A DNA stretch of 64,000 nucleotides from the NCBI GenBank assembly GCA_017505525.1, contig JAFVPB010000002.1, positions 163,508 to 227,507 on the forward strand, written 5' to 3'. Position numbers and translations under genes: made by a program. Position 1 is the stretch's first letter, and the number at the start of each line of letters is the position of its first letter. This document shows positions 8,383 to 18,562 of the stretch, piece by piece. Under the pieces are notes generated by a model. That model was not told the origin of the DNA, did not search any database, and saw only the letters and a list, made by a program, of their open reading frames with translations. This stretch comes from Clostridia bacterium. GTDB lineage: Bacteria > Bacillota > Clostridia > UMGS1883.

Positions 8383-9099
8383 ATGAGCTACTTAATAAAT
8401 AAGATAGACTGGCTTTCTACGGTACACAAGCACAGTGCATACGAAATCATTGTACATATCAGTGGAAGAGGTATATTACATACCGAAGAAAAGGATTTTA
8501 ATGTGTCCCCGGGAAAGATTATAATTGTTCCGCCCGGCACTTTTCACAACGCCATCGCTGATGAGGAAATGATAAGAATATATATATGCGGAGATTTTAA
8601 CCAGATTTTCAACCTCTCTTCCACCGTTATAATTTCCGATAATGCTGAAAGAGATGGGGCTTCTCTTGCGAAAATGATTTATAACAATCGTTATGAAAAT
8701 CCTGATTACGTAGCATCTCTATGTAATGCATTTGCTCATTTTCTTGTGCAGAATCTGAAAATGGATGATGATATTGGTACGGCAATCAGGGAAATTATAT
8801 ACGAAATAACTACTAACTTTTCTGATTGCAATATTAATCTGTGCCACATTTTGCACAAAAGCGGTTACTCCGAGGACTACATACGCTCGCAATTTAAAAA
8901 ACACACTAAAAAAACTCCCACTGAATTTCTCAGTGATATAAGAATACGCCACGCCCGCTATTTGATAGATATATACAGAAATACTCTTCCACTTTGTGAA
9001 ATTGCAGAAAAATGCGGATACACCGATTATGTGTATTTTTCGCGCAAATTCAAACAGATAACGGGCATGTCTCCGCAAAAATATAAGGACTTATGTTAG
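8383..9099 (+). CDS. AraC-family transcriptional regulator (cupin sensor plus HTH)
   Basis: C-terminal double HTH (IAEKCGYTDYVYFSRKFKQITGMSPQKYK). Divergent from the MATE operon. Confidence 0.85.
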   Translation: MSYLINKIDWLSTVHKHSAYEIIVHISGRGILHTEEKDFNVSPGKIIIVPPGTFHNAIADEEMIRIYICGDFNQIFNLSSTVIISDNAERDGASLAKMIYNNRYENPDYVASLCNAFAHFLVQNLKMDDDIGTAIREIIYEITTNFSDCNINLCHILHKSGYSEDYIRSQFKKHTKKTPTEFLSDIRIRHARYLIDIYRNTLPLCEIAEKCGYTDYVYFSRKFKQITGMSPQKYKDLC

Positions 9100-9118
9100 T
9101 TTTCTTGATAAAAATATG

Positions 9119-9147
9119 TTGAAAAGAAGATAAAATTGTTGTATAAT
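9119..9147 (+). promoter_or_regulatory. Promoter of zapA
   Basis: TTGAAA (9119-9124), 17 nt, TATAAT (9142-9147). Confidence 0.5.
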
Positions 9148-9178
9148 CAAATAGATATAATAATCAGGAGGCAAAACA

Positions 9179-9559
9179 ATGGAAGAAAAAAGAAATACCA
9201 CCGTTGTAAGAATAAACAATGCCGAATACAGAATCGTAAGCGATGCCGACGAGGAATATGTTCGCCACGTTGCTTTTCACGTTGATAAAAAAATGCGCGA
9301 TTTAATCGCGCGTGATAAAAGGCTTTCAACATCTATGGCGGCAGTTCTCACTGCAGTGAATTGTGCAGATGAATATATGCAGTCGCAGGAAGATAACGAG
9401 AAGCTTCGTGCTCAGCTTTTAAAATATGCTGAAGAAGCAGGTGCAAGCAAGCTTGCTCTTGATAAGCTTAATGCAGAGGTTTCGCGTTTGCGCGCAGAAA
9501 ATCAATCGCTTAAAATGAATGTTGTAAAGCTTGAAACAGAAATGAAGCAGTTAAAATAA
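9179..9559 (+). CDS. zapA: Cell division protein ZapA
   Basis: N-terminal VVRINNAEYRIVSDADEEYVRHVAFHVDKKMRDL followed by a coiled-coil tail. AGGAGG RBS. Confidence 0.8.
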   Translation: MEEKRNTTVVRINNAEYRIVSDADEEYVRHVAFHVDKKMRDLIARDKRLSTSMAAVLTAVNCADEYMQSQEDNEKLRAQLLKYAEEAGASKLALDKLNAEVSRLRAENQSLKMNVVKLETEMKQLK

Positions 9560-9611
9560 AATCAAGGAGAGCACGTTATCAGAATTTTTCTGATAACGTG
9601 ATTTTATTAAA

Positions 9612-11681
9612 ATGAAACATACAGGTAAAATCGAGCTTCTTTCCCCTGCAGGCAAGCCCGAAGCTTTAAAGGCGGCTGTGCAAAACGGTGCCGATGCAGT
9701 GTATTTAGGTGCAAAAAGCTTCAGCGCAAGAAAAAATGCCGTAAATTTTTCGTGGGAAGAGCTTAAAGAAGCAGTAAAATATTGCCACGTACGGGGCACG
9801 AAAGTGCATCTTACATTAAACACCCTTATAGATGAAAGCGAGCTTGAGGAATTTGAAGAATCAGTTCGTAATGCCGCCAAAGCAGGCGTTGATGCACTTA
9901 TAATTCAAGACCTTGGCGGTGCCAGAATAGCGCGCAGCGTATGCCCCGATATGGAGCTTCACGCAAGCACGCAGTTAACGGCGTGTAATTTAGAAGATGT
10001 GAAAGCACTGGAAGAGCTTGGTTTTTCAAGAGTTGTGCTCGCACGCGAGCTTTCGATGGCAGAGATTGAGTATATCTGTGAAAACTGTAATGCTGAAATT
10101 GAGGTTTTTGCCCACGGTGCACTTTGCGTATGTATGTCGGGCAAGTGCCTTATGTCGTCATTTATCGGAATGCGAAGCGGAAACAGAGGTGCTTGTGCCC
10201 AGCCTTGCAGGCAGCTCTATAGTGCAGAAGGAAAAAAAGGGTATTTTCTCAGCCCGCGTGATTTATGCCTTGCCGATGAAATATCGGCTTTAAGAAAAGC
10301 AGGTGTTAAAAGCATTAAAATCGAGGGCAGAATGAAAAGCAGTGAATACGTTGCGGCAGTAACCTCTGTGTACAGAAAGTATATCGACGAGGATTTAAAG
10401 CTTCAGAAAGAGGATGAAGACTACCTGAAAAAAATTTTTGTGCGTGGCGACAGTTTTACTAAAGGGTATTTTAAAGGTTTAAACACTCCCGAAATTATGA
10501 ACTACACACAATCCAACGATAATATTACCTATAAAGCAGATAAAGCCGCCCTCAGCAAAGCGCAGAATTCTTTCCGCGATGGAATTGAAAATAAAAAAAT
10601 ACCGATAAGCGCTTTCTTCTGCGCTAAAACGGGCGAAAAAGCAACGCTCACGCTTACTGATTGCGACGGAAACTCCGTTTGCGTTTATGGTGCAGAAGGC
10701 GAGCTTGCACAAAAAACACCGCTGACTGAAGAAGGTGTGAAATCAAGAATAGCAAAAATGGGGCAAACACCTTTCGAGCTTGATTCTTTCACTGCAGAGC
10801 TTTCAGAAAACGTGATACTTTCTGCCGCTGATATAAACGCCTTAAGGCGTGAAGCATCACAAAAGCTTATGGAGAAGCGTGCAGAAATAAAGCCGCTTGA
10901 TTCTTTCCCTTTTTCTTATAAAAGGGCTGAAAAAAAGCGTGTCATCCCATTATATATCGCTTCACAGGTACAAACAAAAGAGCAGTTTATTGCTTCAAAC
11001 GGAGCCGATAGAATTCTTGTTCCGCTAAGCTTATGGAACAAGGTTGAAACAGATGAAAAATGTGCTATGGTTCTCCCTCAGGTAGTTTTCGATGAAAAGC
11101 TGGTTATAAAAGAGATAGAAAAGAAAAAGCCGCATTTTGCCTACACATCGTCAATCGGAATGGCAAAAATGCTGAAAGATTTTGGGATAAATGTTATTCT
11201 TGATTTCGGGTTTAATATTTACAACAGTGTAGCTCTTCATGAGGCAGAAAAATTTGCCGATGCTCTTACGCTTTCTCCCGAGCTATCACTTGAAAAAATT
11301 TCGCATCTTACTGCATATACTGATAAAAAGTGCGAAGCTCTGTGCTATGGAAAATTCACTCTTATGACAACGCGCGCCTGCCTTATCAAAGGCGCACGCG
11401 GAAAATGCGAGTGCGAAAATCCAATACATTTCAAGGATAAAACTGGAGCTGTATTCACAGTTTTCGGCGATAAGCTTACGCATTTAAACACTCTTGTAAA
11501 TTCACGCCCTACATTTATGGCAGATAAAATGCCGCTTCTTAAAAAGAGTGGGCTTTCGGGAATACGGCTTGTTTTCACAGAGGAAGATGGAGCTGAAGTT
11601 AAAAGCATTATAAATATGCACAAGGGCACAGTTAAAGCGGATAAACCGCCTCTCTTTACAAGAGGATATTTTCTTAAATAG
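9612..11681 (+). CDS. Peptidase U32 family protein (long form with C-terminal extension)
   Basis: ELLSPAGKPEALKAAVQNGADAVYLG..., the conserved E-x-F-x-H-G-A-L-C core (EVFAHGALCVCMSGKC) and a Cys cluster. Confidence 0.85.
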   Translation: MKHTGKIELLSPAGKPEALKAAVQNGADAVYLGAKSFSARKNAVNFSWEELKEAVKYCHVRGTKVHLTLNTLIDESELEEFEESVRNAAKAGVDALIIQDLGGARIARSVCPDMELHASTQLTACNLEDVKALEELGFSRVVLARELSMAEIEYICENCNAEIEVFAHGALCVCMSGKCLMSSFIGMRSGNRGACAQPCRQLYSAEGKKGYFLSPRDLCLADEISALRKAGVKSIKIEGRMKSSEYVAAVTSVYRKYIDEDLKLQKEDEDYLKKIFVRGDSFTKGYFKGLNTPEIMNYTQSNDNITYKADKAALSKAQNSFRDGIENKKIPISAFFCAKTGEKATLTLTDCDGNSVCVYGAEGELAQKTPLTEEGVKSRIAKMGQTPFELDSFTAELSENVILSAADINALRREASQKLMEKRAEIKPLDSFPFSYKRAEKKRVIPLYIASQVQTKEQFIASNGADRILVPLSLWNKVETDEKCAMVLPQVVFDEKLVIKEIEKKKPHFAYTSSIGMAKMLKDFGINVILDFGFNIYNSVALHEAEKFADALTLSPELSLEKISHLTAYTDKKCEALCYGKFTLMTTRACLIKGARGKCECENPIHFKDKTGAVFTVFGDKLTHLNTLVNSRPTFMADKMPLLKKSGLSGIRLVFTEEDGAEVKSIINMHKGTVKADKPPLFTRGYFLK

Positions 11682-11693
11682 GAAGTGATTTAA

Positions 11694-12386
11694 TTGAAAG
11701 AACATATTTACACCATACCAATTACCGACGCATTAAACGAGGAATGTGGTTGCGTTCTTTGCAGCATTGAAAAAAAGCTTGAAAGCGAGGCTATCACCTA
11801 TTTTCTGGGGGCATCACTTATGGAGCCCGATGCAAGGGAAGATACGAATAAGAACGGCTTTTGCCGTCCTCACACAAAAATGCTTTATGAGGGTGGAAAC
11901 TCCCTCGGGCTTAGCCTGATACTTGAAACGCACATTAAAGAATTTTCCAAAAATTTTACCTTAAACGAAAAAACAGGTCTTTTTAAAAAGCCCGACACCA
12001 AGGAAACTGCAAAAAAAATTGACGATGCCGTAAAAAGCTGCTCTGTTTGTAATAAGCTTAATTCACAGATGGAAGCGGTGGCACGCAACCTTATATATTT
12101 AATAAGCAAGGAAAAGGATTTTAAGGAAAAGTTCTTTGAAAAAGGTGCGCTCTGTGCCGAGCACGCTTCTCTTGTTCTTTCGCTTTGCGAAAAAGAGCTT
12201 GGTGGAAAAAAAGGCACAGATTTATATAATGAAATCTCTGCTATGCAAAGGGCATACCTTGAAGAATTATATAATAATCTTCACGCCTTTGTGGTAAGCT
12301 TTGACTACCGAAGCAATGGAGAAAAGCCATCGGAAAAAGTAAAAGCTTCGCTTGGGGAAGCAGTAAAATATATTTCAAAATACTAA
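11694..12386 (+). CDS. DUF6062-like Cys-rich hypothetical protein
   Basis: TTG start. IYTIPITDALNEECGCVLCSIEKKLE...FCRPH...CSVCNKL...LCAEH pattern. The family assignment is from memory. Confidence 0.5.
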   Translation: MKEHIYTIPITDALNEECGCVLCSIEKKLESEAITYFLGASLMEPDAREDTNKNGFCRPHTKMLYEGGNSLGLSLILETHIKEFSKNFTLNEKTGLFKKPDTKETAKKIDDAVKSCSVCNKLNSQMEAVARNLIYLISKEKDFKEKFFEKGALCAEHASLVLSLCEKELGGKKGTDLYNEISAMQRAYLEELYNNLHAFVVSFDYRSNGEKPSEKVKASLGEAVKYISKY

Positions 12387-12426
12387 TAGAATGCGGAATG
12401 CGAAGTTCGGAATGCTGAATGATGGA

Positions 12427-12458
12427 GGGAACGCCCTGTGTGGCGTTCCGTTTTTTTT
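12427..12458 (+). terminator. Rho-independent terminator after the DUF6062-like gene
   Basis: gggaacgcc-ctgtgt-ggcgttcc followed by T8. Confidence 0.7.
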
Positions 12459-12562
12459 GCGGAAGGGGCAAGCCCCTCCCCTACAAAGAAAAATAATATA
12501 AAAGAAAACCCGATAGGTTTTCAACCATCATTCCACATTCCGAACTCCGCATTTTGCATTTT

Positions 12563-12600
12563 AAAAAGGATGTAAAAACATAAGTTTTTACATCCTTTTT
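12563..12600 (-). terminator. Terminator at the end of the dcw/ftsZ transcription unit
   Basis: 15-bp stem aaaggatgtaaaaac / gtttttacatccttt with T-runs on both strands. Confidence 0.7.
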
Positions 12601-12603
12601 AAA

Positions 12604-12984
12604 TCATTCAATTGGATCGAGCGGCTCTGTTTCTGCTTCGTCGAAATCTGCTTCCTCGGCATCTTCATCTGCCACAGGAATATCTTCAACACCAACGTTA
12701 ACAGTTTTTCCCACTTCGTCAAGATTTTTTCTGAGTATTGCAATTTCATCTTCAAAAGCATCTATTTCTGCTATTTTATCTTTAATGCTTTCGATAATAT
12801 CTACCTGAGCCTTGTGCGCCTTGTACGCTTCGTAGCCGATTTCCTTATAAAGTGCCTTCACTTTATTTTGTTTGTCGGCAATTTCAAGCTTGATTTTAGT
12901 AATTTCGTGAAGTTCTTTTCCCTTACGAACAGATACTTCTGCAACGTTTGATGCCACTTCTTTTACTTTATCTAAAAAATCCAT
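12604..12984 (-). CDS. Small coiled-coil protein with an acidic C-terminal tail, co-oriented 29 nt downstream of ftsZ
   Basis: ORF track 126 aa. Heptad-rich sequence and DEDAEEADFDEAETEPLDPIE tail. No family recognised. Confidence 0.5.
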   Translation of the reverse strand: MDFLDKVKEVASNVAEVSVRKGKELHEITKIKLEIADKQNKVKALYKEIGYEAYKAHKAQVDIIESIKDKIAEIDAFEDEIAILRKNLDEVGKTVNVGVEDIPVADEDAEEADFDEAETEPLDPIE

Positions 12985-13013
12985 AACACAAACTCCTTAT
13001 AATATTTTCTTAA

Positions 13014-14063
13014 TTAATCGAAATTTGGCTTTTGAAGAAAGCTTGGAATTTCAATTTCCTCGTTAGAATTGCCTATACCGCCAAAGAAGCCATTATCTTC
13101 TTTTTTCTTTCCTTCAAGACCTGTAGCGATAACTGTGATGATGATATCATCTTCAAGGCTTTCATCGATAGCTGCGCCAAAGATGATGTTTGCATCTTCG
13201 TCAACACAATCTCCGATAAGCTGTGCTGCCGCATTTGTTTCGTGAAGGTTAAGGTTGCTTCCGCCGATAATATTGATAAGAACGCCTGTAGCTCCATCAA
13301 TAGTTGTTTCAAGAAGAGCGCTTTCAATAGCCATTCTTGCAGCTTCTTCTGCACGATTTTCTCCGCTTGCACGGCCGATACCCATATGAGCAAGACCTGC
13401 ATCCTTCATAACTGTTGTAACATCGGCAAAGTCAACATTGATAAGACCTGCACCTACGATAAGGTCGCTGATGCCCTGAACACCCTGACGAAGAATTTCA
13501 TCGGCATCCTTAAACGCATCGATAAGACTTGTTTTATTGCTGCTGATATCAAGAAGCCTGTCGTTAGGGATAACAACAAGAGTATCAACGTTTCCTTTAA
13601 GCTGTTCAATACCTTCCTCTGCCTGAATCATTCTGCGACGACCCTCAAAGCCGAAAGGCTTTGTAACGATAGATACTGTAAGCACACCAAGTTCTTTAGC
13701 TATGCTTGCAACAACAGGAGCTGCACCTGTACCTGTGCCACCGCCCATACCTGCTGTAACGAATACCATATCGGCATCTTTAAGAACCTGCTCGATTTCG
13801 CCACGGCTTTCTTCAGCAGCTTTTTTACCGATTTCAGCTTTACCGCCTGCACCCTGACCTTTAGTGAGCTTGTCCCCTATCTGTATTTTCTGGCTTGCGT
13901 GGCTTTTTGTTAATGCCTGCTTATCGGTGTTTACCGCAATAAATTCAACACCCTTGATGCCTGCTTCAACCATTCTGTTAACAGCGCTTCCGCCGCCGCC
14001 GCCTACGCCTACGATTTTAATTTTCTGAGCTGCGCCGAGCTCGTCTGCATATTCCATTCTCAT
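13014..14063 (-). CDS. ftsZ: Cell division GTPase FtsZ
   Basis: [13 protein letters not shown] and the tubulin signature [16 protein letters not shown] at 14063 has an AGAGGAGG RBS; the track start at 14141 adds 26 non-conserved residues. Confidence 0.97.
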   Translation of the reverse strand: MRMEYADELGAAQKIKIVGVGGGGGSAVNRMVEAGIKGVEFIAVNTDKQALTKSHASQKIQIGDKLTKGQGAGGKAEIGKKAAEESRGEIEQVLKDADMVFVTAGMGGGTGTGAAPVVASIAKELGVLTVSIVTKPFGFEGRRRMIQAEEGIEQLKGNVDTLVVIPNDRLLDISSNKTSLIDAFKDADEILRQGVQGISDLIVGAGLINVDFADVTTVMKDAGLAHMGIGRASGENRAEEAARMAIESALLETTIDGATGVLINIIGGSNLNLHETNAAAQLIGDCVDEDANIIFGAAIDESLEDDIIITVIATGLEGKKKEDNGFFGGIGNSNEEIEIPSFLQKPNFD

Positions 14064-14164
14064 GGGAATTCCTCCTCTATGTAATAATCGTATTTTCAAT
14101 TCTACATAATATATAATACACCTAAATCGTCCGAGTTTCAAGAGAAATTTTTATTGTTTATAAA

Positions 14165-14950
14165 TTATTCTTGAATTTCTTTCTCTCTCTTACGATATGT
14201 AAGCCTTTCAAGGTCGATAAATCCCTCGGGATTTTCGCCTATAGCCTCAAGAATAGGCCCGAAACATTCCACCTTATACGGAATTTTTTCACGACTTCCC
14301 ATACTTACCTTAAGCTTTCCCTGATTATATGAAAATCTTATGTCTTCCATATCGGAAACATCTATATATTCCATTTCGAAAACATATCCGTATTTTGAAA
14401 ATTCTTTAAGACATTCAAAAAGCACATTTATTTTATCAGTTTCCTCTGATTTTATTTTATCTCCGATTTTATACTTTATGCTCTTTATACCACGAATAAC
14501 AGGAAGCTGTTTTTGCTCATCTTTTTTACCTTCGGTTAAATTTACAAGGTCAATACATCTTCCATCGGCGGTAATCATAACGTGGCCATTCTTTGTTACA
14601 ATATAGGCAACACCTGCAGCTTCAACAACTTCTATATCAATTGAAGACGGCAGGTTTCTTTTTACTTTGACGCTTTCAACATAGCCCATTTCTTCAATAT
14701 TATCTTTTGCATTTTTAAGGCTTACGCTGAAAATATTAACTCCTTTTACTATTCCCGAGCTTTTTATTATATCATTTTCATCTATAACCGATGTTCCGTA
14801 AACATTTATTTCCTTTATATCAAAGCCGGGCGTTAAAAGCATAATGACAATTAACGCCGCAACTATAATAACCAAAGTAAGAGCTGTAATCTGTTTTTTT
14901 TGCCTTCTTTTAAGCTTTATCGTTTTTTTCTTTTGTGCCACTATACTCAC
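14165..14950 (-). CDS. ftsQ: Cell division protein FtsQ/DivIB (TM plus POTRA domain)
   Basis: Single TM (ALTLVIIVAALIVIMLL) followed by a POTRA-like FDIKEINVYGTS... region. Position between murA and ftsZ. Confidence 0.75.
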   Translation of the reverse strand: MSIVAQKKKTIKLKRRQKKQITALTLVIIVAALIVIMLLTPGFDIKEINVYGTSVIDENDIIKSSGIVKGVNIFSVSLKNAKDNIEEMGYVESVKVKRNLPSSIDIEVVEAAGVAYIVTKNGHVMITADGRCIDLVNLTEGKKDEQKQLPVIRGIKSIKYKIGDKIKSEETDKINVLFECLKEFSKYGYVFEMEYIDVSDMEDIRFSYNQGKLKVSMGSREKIPYKVECFGPILEAIGENPEGFIDLERLTYRKREKEIQE

Positions 14951-16227
14951 TCCCTTTTAAAGCCACAGCCTATGGCTTCTTTATGCTTAATTATATCTCC
15001 GCCAAGAGTTGTTATCATTTTATCAAAATCTTCATATCCGCGTTCGATATATTTTATTCCTTCTATAACACTTTCTCCCTCGGCACCAAGCGCCGCAATC
15101 ACCAGCGCCGCACCACCGCGCAAATCCATTGCCCGAAGATGAGCTCCGCACAGTTTATTTCCCTTTATCACGGCAACTCTGCCATCCTGAATTATATCGG
15201 CGTTCATTTTTGCAAGCTCCGGAATTATTTTAAAGCGGTTTTCAAAAAGGTTTTCCACTATAACGCTTGTTCCTTCGCTTTTACAAAGTGCCGCCATAAC
15301 AACTGATTGCGAATCTGTTGGAAATCCGGGATAAACCTGTGTTTTTATAATATCAACAGGCAGAATTTTCTGTGGTGCACGTATATACATTTTGTCTTTA
15401 AAGAATTCAATTTTTGCGCCGCTTTCTCTGAGGACGGAAACAACTGCTCCAAGGTGCGAGCTTCTCACATTTAAAAGCTCAATTTCGCTGCCTGTTGTCA
15501 TAGCGGCACACATAAGAGTTGAAGCAACAATCCTGTCGGGGATTATTCTGTGCTCCGCCCCATGAAGATGTGCCACACCCTTAATTCTTATAAACTCTGT
15601 GCCAACGCCCTCTATATCGGCACCCATTTTTATTAAAAACTCGCAAAGGTCCACAATTTCAGGTTCCCTTGCGGCATTCGAGATTGTGGTTTCTCCTTTT
15701 AGCCCAACTGCAGAAAGAATTATATTTTCTGTTGCTCCCACCGATGGAAAGCTAAGATGTATATCTCCCGAGTGCATTTTATCGGCACGTGCTTCAATAA
15801 ATCCATTTTCCTCAGAAAGAGTCATCCCAAGTTCCCGAAGTGCCTTCATATGCAAATCTATCGGGCGGTTACCAAGCTCGCATCCTCCCGGGGCGCAAAG
15901 ACGCGCCTTCCCCATTTTAGATGCCACGGCACCTAAAAAGATAATTGAGCTTCTCATTTCACGCATTAATTCCTCGGGGATTTCCCATTTATCTGCCGAG
16001 GTTGCATCAACAGTAAGTGTTGAACCGGAAAACAAAACTCTGCAGCCAAGAGTTTCAAGTATCTTTATAGTATGACTAACATCTGATAAGCGAGGGCAAT
16101 CGTAAATTCTGCACACATCACCCGAAAGCACCGTTGCCGCCAAAATAGGAAGCACCGCATTTTTTGCTCCGTGCACTCGCACCATACCCTCAAGCTTTTT
16201 TCCTCCGCCAACTATGTATTTTTCCAA
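14947..16227 (-). CDS. murA: UDP-N-acetylglucosamine 1-carboxyvinyltransferase (MurA paralogue 1)
   Basis: GAKNAVLPILAA, catalytic Cys loop PGGCELGNRPIDLH, YPGFPTD. TTG start with GGGGGTG RBS. Confidence 0.93.
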   Translation of the reverse strand: MEKYIVGGGKKLEGMVRVHGAKNAVLPILAATVLSGDVCRIYDCPRLSDVSHTIKILETLGCRVLFSGSTLTVDATSADKWEIPEELMREMRSSIIFLGAVASKMGKARLCAPGGCELGNRPIDLHMKALRELGMTLSEENGFIEARADKMHSGDIHLSFPSVGATENIILSAVGLKGETTISNAAREPEIVDLCEFLIKMGADIEGVGTEFIRIKGVAHLHGAEHRIIPDRIVASTLMCAAMTTGSEIELLNVRSSHLGAVVSVLRESGAKIEFFKDKMYIRAPQKILPVDIIKTQVYPGFPTDSQSVVMAALCKSEGTSVIVENLFENRFKIIPELAKMNADIIQDGRVAVIKGNKLCGAHLRAMDLRGGAALVIAALGAEGESVIEGIKYIERGYEDFDKMITTLGGDIIKHKEAIGCGFKRE

Positions 16228-16308
16228 AGCTACACCCCCATAACAATAACACAGACTTTCTATGTCTATATTATTCTATGCAATTAGGGTTTACTGAGTG
16301 ATAGTACG

Positions 16309-17406
16309 TTATTTAATTAAAGACAATACACAGTTATAAATTTTTTCACAGGAATCACATATTCCTATTTTTTTTGACGATTCCTGCATTGCGGATAAAG
16401 TTTCTTCATTGCCTGTTATTTCTTTTATATTTTTAAGAAGAACTTCACCTGTAAGCTCATTTTCAAGTATAACCCTGGATGCACCTTTCTTTTCAAGATA
16501 TCGCGCATTATACTCCTGATGGTTGTGTGCCACATAGGGGCTTGGAATTAAAATTGCGGCTTTACCGAGAGCTGTGATTTCGCTTACTGTTATTGCACCC
16601 GCCCTGCCGACTATTAAATCTGCAGCTCCGAAAACATCTTCCATATTATATAAGTAAGGAAGAATTTTCACGTTCTTCATTTTTTCTGTATCTACCCCAA
16701 GCTCTTTTAAATACTTCATTGTATTTTCGTAATTCTTTTCGCCTGTTGAAGCAATAATATTAAAATCGGGAGAACTCTTAAGCATCTCGGCAAGCGCCTT
16801 ATTTATGCAAGGTGCCCCAAGCGAACCACCAAAAACAAGCACAAGCTTTTTATCCTCAAATCCGTATTCTTCCATAAGAGCTTTCTTATCAATCTCTTTA
16901 AAGAGATTAGGTCTTAAAGGATTCCCCGTTTCCACCATTTTTTTAGCTTTCATCATTTCGCGCGTTTCACTAAAACTTATTGCCGTTATATCGGCATCGT
17001 TTGAAAGCATCTTCACGGCAAGGCCAGGAAAAACATTCTGTTCGTGAATGAGCGTTGGTATTTTCATTTTAGAAGCCATTTTAACCACACTTGCACACAC
17101 ATATCCGCCTGTACCTATAACAATATCGGGCTTGAATTCCTTAATAATCTTTTTTGCATCAGAGAAGCTTTTAATATAGTTATATAAAACCTTAACGTTT
17201 TCAAGGGTTAAGCTTCTTCTTAACCCCATCACGTTTATAAACTTAATATTATAGCCACATTTTGGAACAAGTGTTTTTTCAAGGCCATGCTCTGTTCCCA
17301 CAAAAAGAAATTCTGAGTTTGCTTCTTTTTCCTTTATATAGTTTGCAATTGCTATTGCAGGATTGATATGTCCGGCGGTGCCTCCGCCTGTTAATAATAC
17401 TCTCAT
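16309..17406 (-). CDS. murG: Undecaprenyldiphospho-muramoylpentapeptide beta-N-acetylglucosaminyltransferase MurG
   Basis: LTGGGTAGHINPAIAIA N-terminus and C-terminal GRAGAITVSEI motif. Confidence 0.93.
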   Translation of the reverse strand: MRVLLTGGGTAGHINPAIAIANYIKEKEANSEFLFVGTEHGLEKTLVPKCGYNIKFINVMGLRRSLTLENVKVLYNYIKSFSDAKKIIKEFKPDIVIGTGGYVCASVVKMASKMKIPTLIHEQNVFPGLAVKMLSNDADITAISFSETREMMKAKKMVETGNPLRPNLFKEIDKKALMEEYGFEDKKLVLVFGGSLGAPCINKALAEMLKSSPDFNIIASTGEKNYENTMKYLKELGVDTEKMKNVKILPYLYNMEDVFGAADLIVGRAGAITVSEITALGKAAILIPSPYVAHNHQEYNARYLEKKGASRVILENELTGEVLLKNIKEITGNEETLSAMQESSKKIGICDSCEKIYNCVLSLIK

Positions 17407-17417
17407 ACTAAAACTTC

Positions 17418-18536
17418 CTATAATTTTTTTATACGACTTGATTTAGAAACATTTAAAAGTATTCCCATGCCTGAAAGCATCACTATCATCGATGTTCCAC
17501 CTGCGCTGAAAAACGGAAGCTGCATTCCCGTTGATGGAAGCACCGAAAGCACAACGCCTATATTTATAAGCATCTGCACCCCAATTATTGATGTTATACC
17601 AAAAGCTAAAAGCATGCCGAACCTGTCTTTTGCGTTAAGTGCTATGCTTACACCTCTCCAAACAAATGCGGCAAATAAAAGCATTACCATCATTCCGCCA
17701 AAAAAGCCTAATTCCTCGCATATAACGGCATAAATATAGTCGTTGTGAGCCTCTGGAAGATAGTAGTATTTTTGTCTCGACTGTCCGAGACCCAAACCAA
17801 ACAATCCTCCTGATCCAACGGCATAAAGCGACTGAATTATCTGCCAGCCGATTCCCTGACTATATTTAAACGGATCGAAAAGTGCTTTGATTCTGTCTAA
17901 TCGGTAGCTTTCAAAAAGAGCGAATGCACCAAGTCCTGCCACGCCAATAATTCCAACTCCGTAGAGATACTTCATAGGAAGCCCTGCCGCAACCATCATC
18001 ATCACACTGATTACAGCTAAAACAACTGCCGCAGAAAGATGACTCTGCAGAATACAGGTGGCAATAAACAAACCTATTATGCCAACAGAAACGTAAAGGT
18101 TATTTTTATCGTTTGTAAGGCTTGATGTTTTTGGCGAAGAATATCTTGAAGCAAAATATATTACCAAAGCAAATTTTGCAATTTCCGAAGGCTGAAAGCT
18201 TACCGAGCCCAACGATATCTGCCTTTTTGCACCGTGAGAGGCTATTCCTATAAGAGGAACAAGAATCATCAATCCAATTGTTACATACAAAATAGGCTTT
18301 GAAAGCTTTTTATAGTTATGATAATCAAAATTAGTGGTAAAATACATACCCACCAATCCAATAATTGAAATCACACTCTGTTTTACGATAATCGAATATA
18401 TATTACCGCTTTTAAGCGCTCTCGGCGAGCTTGCCGAAAACAGCATTATAAGACCAAACAACAAAAGGCAGACTATTATCATAAGCAGAATAAAATCCAC
18501 CTGGCCTGATTTTTTCATCTTTTTTTCTTCTGCCAT
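17418..18536 (-). CDS. ftsW: SEDS-family peptidoglycan glycosyltransferase FtsW/SpoVE
   Basis: 10-TM protein with QPSEIAKF, LPEAHNDYIYAVICEELG and LPFFSAGGTS motifs. Confidence 0.9.
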   Translation of the reverse strand: MAEEKKMKKSGQVDFILLMIIVCLLLFGLIMLFSASSPRALKSGNIYSIIVKQSVISIIGLVGMYFTTNFDYHNYKKLSKPILYVTIGLMILVPLIGIASHGAKRQISLGSVSFQPSEIAKFALVIYFASRYSSPKTSSLTNDKNNLYVSVGIIGLFIATCILQSHLSAAVVLAVISVMMMVAAGLPMKYLYGVGIIGVAGLGAFALFESYRLDRIKALFDPFKYSQGIGWQIIQSLYAVGSGGLFGLGLGQSRQKYYYLPEAHNDYIYAVICEELGFFGGMMVMLLFAAFVWRGVSIALNAKDRFGMLLAFGITSIIGVQMLINIGVVLSVLPSTGMQLPFFSAGGTSMIVMLSGMGILLNVSKSSRIKKL

Positions 18537-18562
18537 TTTGTCGCCTCCAATACAAAATTAAA

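Noticed and set aside
9574-9602. Hairpin cacgttatcag/ctgataacgtg between zapA and the U32 peptidase gene
   Set aside because: It is probably just a leaky intrinsic terminator or processing stem between two co-oriented genes. Nothing unusual is seen beyond that.
13032-13913. 293-aa ORF on the plus strand
   Set aside because: It lies entirely antisense to ftsZ. Its translation is low-complexity (Cys/Phe/Lys/Asn rich) with no RBS. It is a typical shadow ORF opposite a highly conserved gene.
13014-14141. Longer FtsZ start at 14141 (375 aa)
   Set aside because: The extra 26 residues ([26 protein letters not shown]) are not FtsZ-like and would include the RBS. ATG 14063 is preceded by AGAGGAGG.
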